Assembly (NCBI GenBank): GCA_003854995.1
Contig: RQOI01000661.1
Location: forward strand, 1 to 40,407
Length of the DNA stretch: 40,407 nucleotides
Reading direction: 5' to 3'
From: Candidatus Zhuqueibacterota bacterium
GTDB taxonomy: Bacteria; Zhuqueibacterota; Zhuqueibacteria; Residuimicrobiales; Krinioviventaceae
Position 1 is the first letter of the stretch, and every line of letters starts with the position of its first letter. The position numbers and the translations under genes were made by a program. Of the stretch, positions 37,232-40,407 are shown one piece after another. Below the pieces are notes generated by a model. That model did no database searches and was not told the DNA's origin. It was given only the letters and a program-made list of their open reading frames with translations.

Positions 37232-37450
37232 AATGAGCAAGAACGCCCAGGACATCCGTCCTGGGCGGACAATAGAGCGGGATATTTATCCCACTTGGAA
37301 GAATGTCCGTGCACATCTCGCAAAGCTCCGGCAGAGGTGACGGCAATGCATTTCACACTTGTTCATTGTCGCCACCGGCCGGGAGTCGAACAGATTCGGC
37401 GAGTTCATAAGATCTATTTGATGAACAGGCCGAATCTCATTTCTGAGCTG
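37232..37450 (-). ncRNA. candidate structured RNA or structured 3' UTR (unclassified): four stem-loops ending in a terminator-like hairpin
   Basis: Stem-loops on the minus strand are SL-A 37392-37437, SL-B 37326-37385, SL-C 37279-37292 and SL-D 37244-37267. SL-D has a 9-bp GC-rich stem followed by UUCUUGCUCAUUUGGUUUU. There is no credible ORF. I found no hallmark of RNase P, tmRNA, SRP or 6S RNA by eye. Confidence 0.3.
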
Positions 37451-38032
37451 TCAGCGTTTCTTGCCCAGCAATCCGCCCAGCAGCCCACCGAGGATGTTGC
37501 CTTTTGCACCGGCGCCACTTGTCTTTTGCAGAAACATGCCGGCAATGTCATCCAGTATGCTGCCGTCGCCATCCCTGTCCAGCATGGCGGCAATGCCATT
37601 GGAACCCAGACCATCAGCATCGCGCTTTTTGGTCAAAAATCCCAGAATCACCGGCGCAAGCATCGGAATGATCTTCATCGCTGTTCCGGCATCAAGATTG
37701 AACTTGTTCTGCAACGCGTTGGATGCCTGCACGCCGGAATCGCCGAGCAAGCCACCCAGTCTGGGATCAGCAGTCGAATCTTGAAGTTTTTTCGAAAACA
37801 GGTCGCCGATATTATCCAAAACGCTGGCGCTGCCATATTTATTCAGGATGTGATCAACGCGCTCTTCACCGCCATAGTTTATCTTTTGTTTTTGCAGACC
37901 TCCGAGAATGAGCGGCGCGACCTGTGGAATAATTTGCATGGCAGCTTTTTTATTGATTCCGAGGTTTCTGGCCAGTTGTTGGCTCACTTCTGGCCCCATA
38001 CTATTCATGAATTCATCGATAAATCCAGCCAT
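37451..38032 (-). CDS. DUF937-family protein (internally duplicated)
   Basis: 193 aa. Two similar halves: AAMQIIPQVAPLILGGLQK and TAMKIIPMLAPVILGFLTK. Also has DRDGDGSILDDIAGMF and a G/L-rich C-terminus (ILGGLLGGLLGKKR), as I recall for DUF937/YidB-like proteins. GGAG lies 9 nt upstream of the ATG. Confidence 0.65.
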   Translation of the reverse strand: MAGFIDEFMNSMGPEVSQQLARNLGINKKAAMQIIPQVAPLILGGLQKQKINYGGEERVDHILNKYGSASVLDNIGDLFSKKLQDSTADPRLGGLLGDSGVQASNALQNKFNLDAGTAMKIIPMLAPVILGFLTKKRDADGLGSNGIAAMLDRDGDGSILDDIAGMFLQKTSGAGAKGNILGGLLGGLLGKKR

Positions 38033-38101
38033 TTAGCTTTTCTCCAGGTTATCGTTAATCAGAGTTGAGATGCAATTGATCAATTCGCGACGATCGACAA
38101 C

Positions 38102-38536
38102 CTATAACTTGGGGATTCTTATGACTTGACCGGGATAAATGAGATTGGCATCCTTGATCACTTCGCGGTTTGCTTCAAAAATAACGGGATACTTCATCGC
38201 ATTGCCATAATAAGCTTTGGCAATCTTTGACAGCGTATCACCTTTCTGGATCGTGTAAAATTCCGTCACTTCTTTCTCTTCCGGCGCCGCCAGTTTATCA
38301 TCATTGACAGAAGAAACGCCCTTGACGTTGCCGGCCAGCAGAACAGCCTTTTCCTTCGTCGCCTTCGAATCACACGATCCGGAGAGCGTCACGACGCTGT
38401 CCTTGAATTCAACCTGCAGATCTGTGATGCGGTCTCCCAGTTGCTGAACCAGAAGATCCCTAATGGCATCCGCTTCCTTTTTCCCCTTGCCGAACAAGGC
38501 TTCCCCAACATTTTTCATAAATCCAAGTAGTCCCAT
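38102..38536 (-). CDS. kbp: BON + LysM domain protein, Kbp/YgaU-like potassium-binding protein homologue
   Basis: Colinear with E. coli Kbp as I recall it: MGLLGFMKNVGE..., a BON-like middle (VTLSGSCDSKATKEKAVLLAGNVKGVSSVND), and a LysM end (YTIQKGDTLSKIAKAYYGNAMKYPVIFEAN...IYPGQVIRIP). 144 aa. Confidence 0.8.
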   Translation of the reverse strand: MGLLGFMKNVGEALFGKGKKEADAIRDLLVQQLGDRITDLQVEFKDSVVTLSGSCDSKATKEKAVLLAGNVKGVSSVNDDKLAAPEEKEVTEFYTIQKGDTLSKIAKAYYGNAMKYPVIFEANREVIKDANLIYPGQVIRIPKL

Positions 38537-38572
38537 CCTCTTAATCCTTTCATGTTAGTACAAATTTAACCA

Positions 38573-38600
38573 ATTATTCGTGCTTACAGTCCAACGGCAA
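38573..38600 (-). promoter_or_regulatory. weak candidate promoter for kbp-like/DUF937
   Basis: The minus strand reads TTGCCG (38600-38595), a 16-nt spacer, then AATAAT (38578-38573), about 35 nt upstream of the ATG at 38536. Sequence match only. Confidence 0.25.
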
Positions 38601-38890
38601 TTAATATGCCACTATTATTTTCCTCCTTTCCCGGTTGCGCAGTGCCCTCGGCCGCACTCGTGGCCCGGCCAAATTTGCGATTGCACACAATTTTTTTACT
38701 TTCACCCTTATTTACGGAACATTCCTTGCAACAGTGAATTTAACAAAAAGTCAAGCTCTCGCCTCAATTGTCCCGAGTTACGCTTGCATGACGCGATGGT
38801 TTACAATCAGAATACAGATCCGTGTTATTTGAAACCACCATTTTATTTAATAAATTTCGACTTTATGAAAAGATTAAATTGGACCTGCTG

Positions 38891-40407
38891 ATGAAAAAGA
38901 ATTATTCTCTTCGCCCACTGACACTGCTCTTCCTGCTGCTGCAGGCAGCCACACTGGATGCTAATACCACCGCCAAACTGACATTTGATCCGCCACGAGG
39001 ATTCTATGATCAGCCTTTCCAGTTGACCATCACTGCGCCGGTCGAAAACGCCACCATCAGGTATACGTTGAACGGCAAAGATCCGCTGACGCACTCCTCC
39101 GCTGTTTCCGGGCCGTCGCCTCTCACGCTCACAGTGGATCCGGATAATTTCACCAACCGCGATTACGCGCCGGCGGTCTGCGTGCGCGCCATCGCCATTG
39201 CCGGCGATACGCTCGCTTCGAATCTGGGCACGCATACCTACATTTTCGTCGACAAGATCACAACGCATTCGCGCGATAACACGCGGCCCGGGCCGGACTG
39301 GCCGCAGCAGGGTTCGACGGTCAATGGCCAGAAAATGGACTATGGCATGGATGCCTCTGTCGCAAACGGACCGCTCTATCGCAACAAAATGAGAGCGGCG
39401 ATGACGGACATCCCTTCCATGTCCATGGTGATGGACCTGGCCGACCTCTTTGATCCGTCCTATGGGATATACGTGAATGCAGTTGATCGCGGTGAAGAGT
39501 GGGAACGGCCCTGCTCGCTCGAGCTCATCCATCCGGATGGCGCCGACGGATTTCACATCAACTGCGGCGTCCGCATTCGCGGCGGCTATAGCCGGGTGCC
39601 GTCAAACCCCAAACACGCCTTTCGCTACTTTTTCCGCTCAGATTATGGCGAGGCAAAATTGAAACATCCGCTGTTCGAAGATGAAGGGGTCGATGAATTT
39701 GATAAAATCGATCTGCGAACGTCGCAGAACTATTCATGGGCTTATGGCGCCGGCAGCAGGGACGGCAACGCCGAACGGAACACCATGCTGCGCGAGGTGT
39801 TTTCCCGCGATCTGCAGCGCGACATGGGGCAGCCCTATACGCGCAGTCGCTATTATCATCTGTTCATCAACGGCACTTACTGGGGCCTTTTTCAGACCCA
39901 GGAACGGTCGGAAGCCTCCTTTGCCGAGAGCTATTTTGGCGGCAGAGAAGAGGATTACGACGCCATCAAAGTCGACGCCGGCTATGGCCGCCCCTATGTC
40001 ATGGAAGCGGCGAACGGCACGCTCGATGCGTGGAATGAGCTCTGGAGTCTGGCCAAAGGCGGCTTGAGTGACAAAGCGAGCTTTAACCGTATTCAAGGAT
40101 TGAATCCTGACAACACGCCCAATCCAGACTATCCCAAATATGTCGACCTCGATAATTTGATCGACTATATGATCGACACCTATTTTGTCGGTGATTTTGA
40201 CGCGCCGATCAGCGAATTCATCAATAACAACAGAGGGGCGAATAACTTTTGGGGCACCTACAACCGAGTGACTCCGGACGGCTTTAAATTCTACCGACAC
40301 GATGCGGAACACTCCCTGTTCAACGTGAATGAGAGCCGCATTGGCCCCTACCCGGCCGGGGAGCAACGAGAACAATTCAATCCGCAATGGCTGCATCAGC
40401 AGCTGAC
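38891..40407 (+). CDS. secreted CotH-family (atypical kinase fold) protein, 5' part only; runs off the window
   Basis: Hand-translated open frame from ATG 38891 to the window end: 505 codons with no stop. It is absent from the ORF track, presumably because it has no stop. Signal peptide MKKNYSLRPLTLLFLLLQAATLDA, then a Fn3/chitobiase-C-like segment (FDQPFQLTITAPVENATIRYTLNGKDP). CotH-like blocks follow: IRGGYSRVPSNPKHAFRYFF, LRTSQNYSW, YYHLFINGTYWGLFQTQER, NLIDYMIDTYFVGDFD and NNFWGTYNR...FKFYRHDAEHSL. Confidence 0.7.
   Translation, partial: MKKNYSLRPLTLLFLLLQAATLDANTTAKLTFDPPRGFYDQPFQLTITAPVENATIRYTLNGKDPLTHSSAVSGPSPLTLTVDPDNFTNRDYAPAVCVRAIAIAGDTLASNLGTHTYIFVDKITTHSRDNTRPGPDWPQQGSTVNGQKMDYGMDASVANGPLYRNKMRAAMTDIPSMSMVMDLADLFDPSYGIYVNAVDRGEEWERPCSLELIHPDGADGFHINCGVRIRGGYSRVPSNPKHAFRYFFRSDYGEAKLKHPLFEDEGVDEFDKIDLRTSQNYSWAYGAGSRDGNAERNTMLREVFSRDLQRDMGQPYTRSRYYHLFINGTYWGLFQTQERSEASFAESYFGGREEDYDAIKVDAGYGRPYVMEAANGTLDAWNELWSLAKGGLSDKASFNRIQGLNPDNTPNPDYPKYVDLDNLIDYMIDTYFVGDFDAPISEFINNNRGANNFWGTYNRVTPDGFKFYRHDAEHSLFNVNESRIGPYPAGEQREQFNPQWLHQQL

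Noticed and set aside
37366-37392. A tRNA 3'-half-like string appears on the minus strand (GTTCGACTCCCGGCCGGTGGCG). It resembles a T-loop plus acceptor and partly resembles the tRNA-Arg 3' end, so it might be an att-site remnant.
   Set aside because: The 5' T-stem partner is absent (AATCTG instead of CCGGG), so there is no tRNA fold. Identity to the tRNA-Arg 3' end is limited to the generic GTTCGAnTCCCG core. No integrase or second repeat is present. The bases are already accounted for by the SL-A/SL-B stems.
37286-37408. A small Cys-containing ORF sits inside stem-loop SL-B on the minus strand. It reads MNKCEMHCRHLCRSFARCARTFFQVG, or 40 aa from the upstream ATG.
   Set aside because: It has no convincing SD (only GGTGG, which is itself part of the stem). 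The start codon is buried in a 13-bp helix. Four Cys in 26 residues can easily arise from GC-rich stem sequence. RNA structure is the simpler explanation.
37295-38068. A plus-strand 257-aa ORF spans the DUF937 gene and part of the structured gap.
   Set aside because: It is antisense to the DUF937 gene, which has an SD, an internal repeat structure and family-like motifs. It has no SD and an implausible composition.
38843-40396. Minus-strand ORFs 38843-39556 (237 aa) and 39734-40396 (220 aa) are listed in the track.
   Set aside because: Both are antisense to the uninterrupted plus-strand CotH-like frame (38891 to the window end). That frame has a signal peptide and recognisable family blocks. 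The minus-strand translations are R/G-rich with no motif.

Overview
This 40.4-kb bacterial chromosomal segment is almost entirely core housekeeping genes. I worked from the sequence and ORF track only, with no homology search or folding program. I called 37 protein genes and one tRNA-Arg(CCG) on the minus strand from 38536 down to 130. Their junctions are very short or overlapping. Only the last gene, a secreted CotH-like protein running off the right edge, is on the plus strand.

The hairpins and promoter-like boxes I could read suggest these minus-strand units:
- kbp-like and DUF937, followed by a structured non-coding stretch
- zapB-like and zapA, then a terminator
- rny, ymdB, folD and tRNA-Arg, then a terminator
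- ppk2, a GH2 beta-galactosidase and two SSF symporters
- sppA, hup and a 31-codon basic ORF, then a terminator
- xseA, xseB, dxs, nadK, mutS and a PorV-like outer-membrane protein
- yicC, gmk, rpoZ, coaBC, udg, dnaB, rel, an IHF-like gene, ruvX, lnt, an outer-membrane protein, a hypothetical, bamD and nadD
- a GHMP kinase and a DegT aminotransferase

The gene content (BamD, Lnt, PorV/PorQ-like barrels, RNase Y with YmdB, a bS22-like mini-gene) points to a Gram-negative organism, possibly of the FCB group. That lineage call is weak.

I saw no CRISPR array, transposase, integrase, toxin-antitoxin pair, restriction or other defence-like module. I cannot point to a convincing new multi-gene system. 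The items most worth a second look are:
- the 407-nt gap at 37044-37450, of which about 215 nt folds into four consecutive stem-loops
- the terminator-abutted rny leader at 36190-36352
- the 31-codon ultra-basic ORF at 23601-23696, which the ORF track misses
- the small uncharacterised envelope and secreted-protein genes: hypothetical 4030-4647, DUF937, CotH

Several start codons were refined by eye from SD spacing and stop/start overlaps, and these are flagged in the evidence fields.
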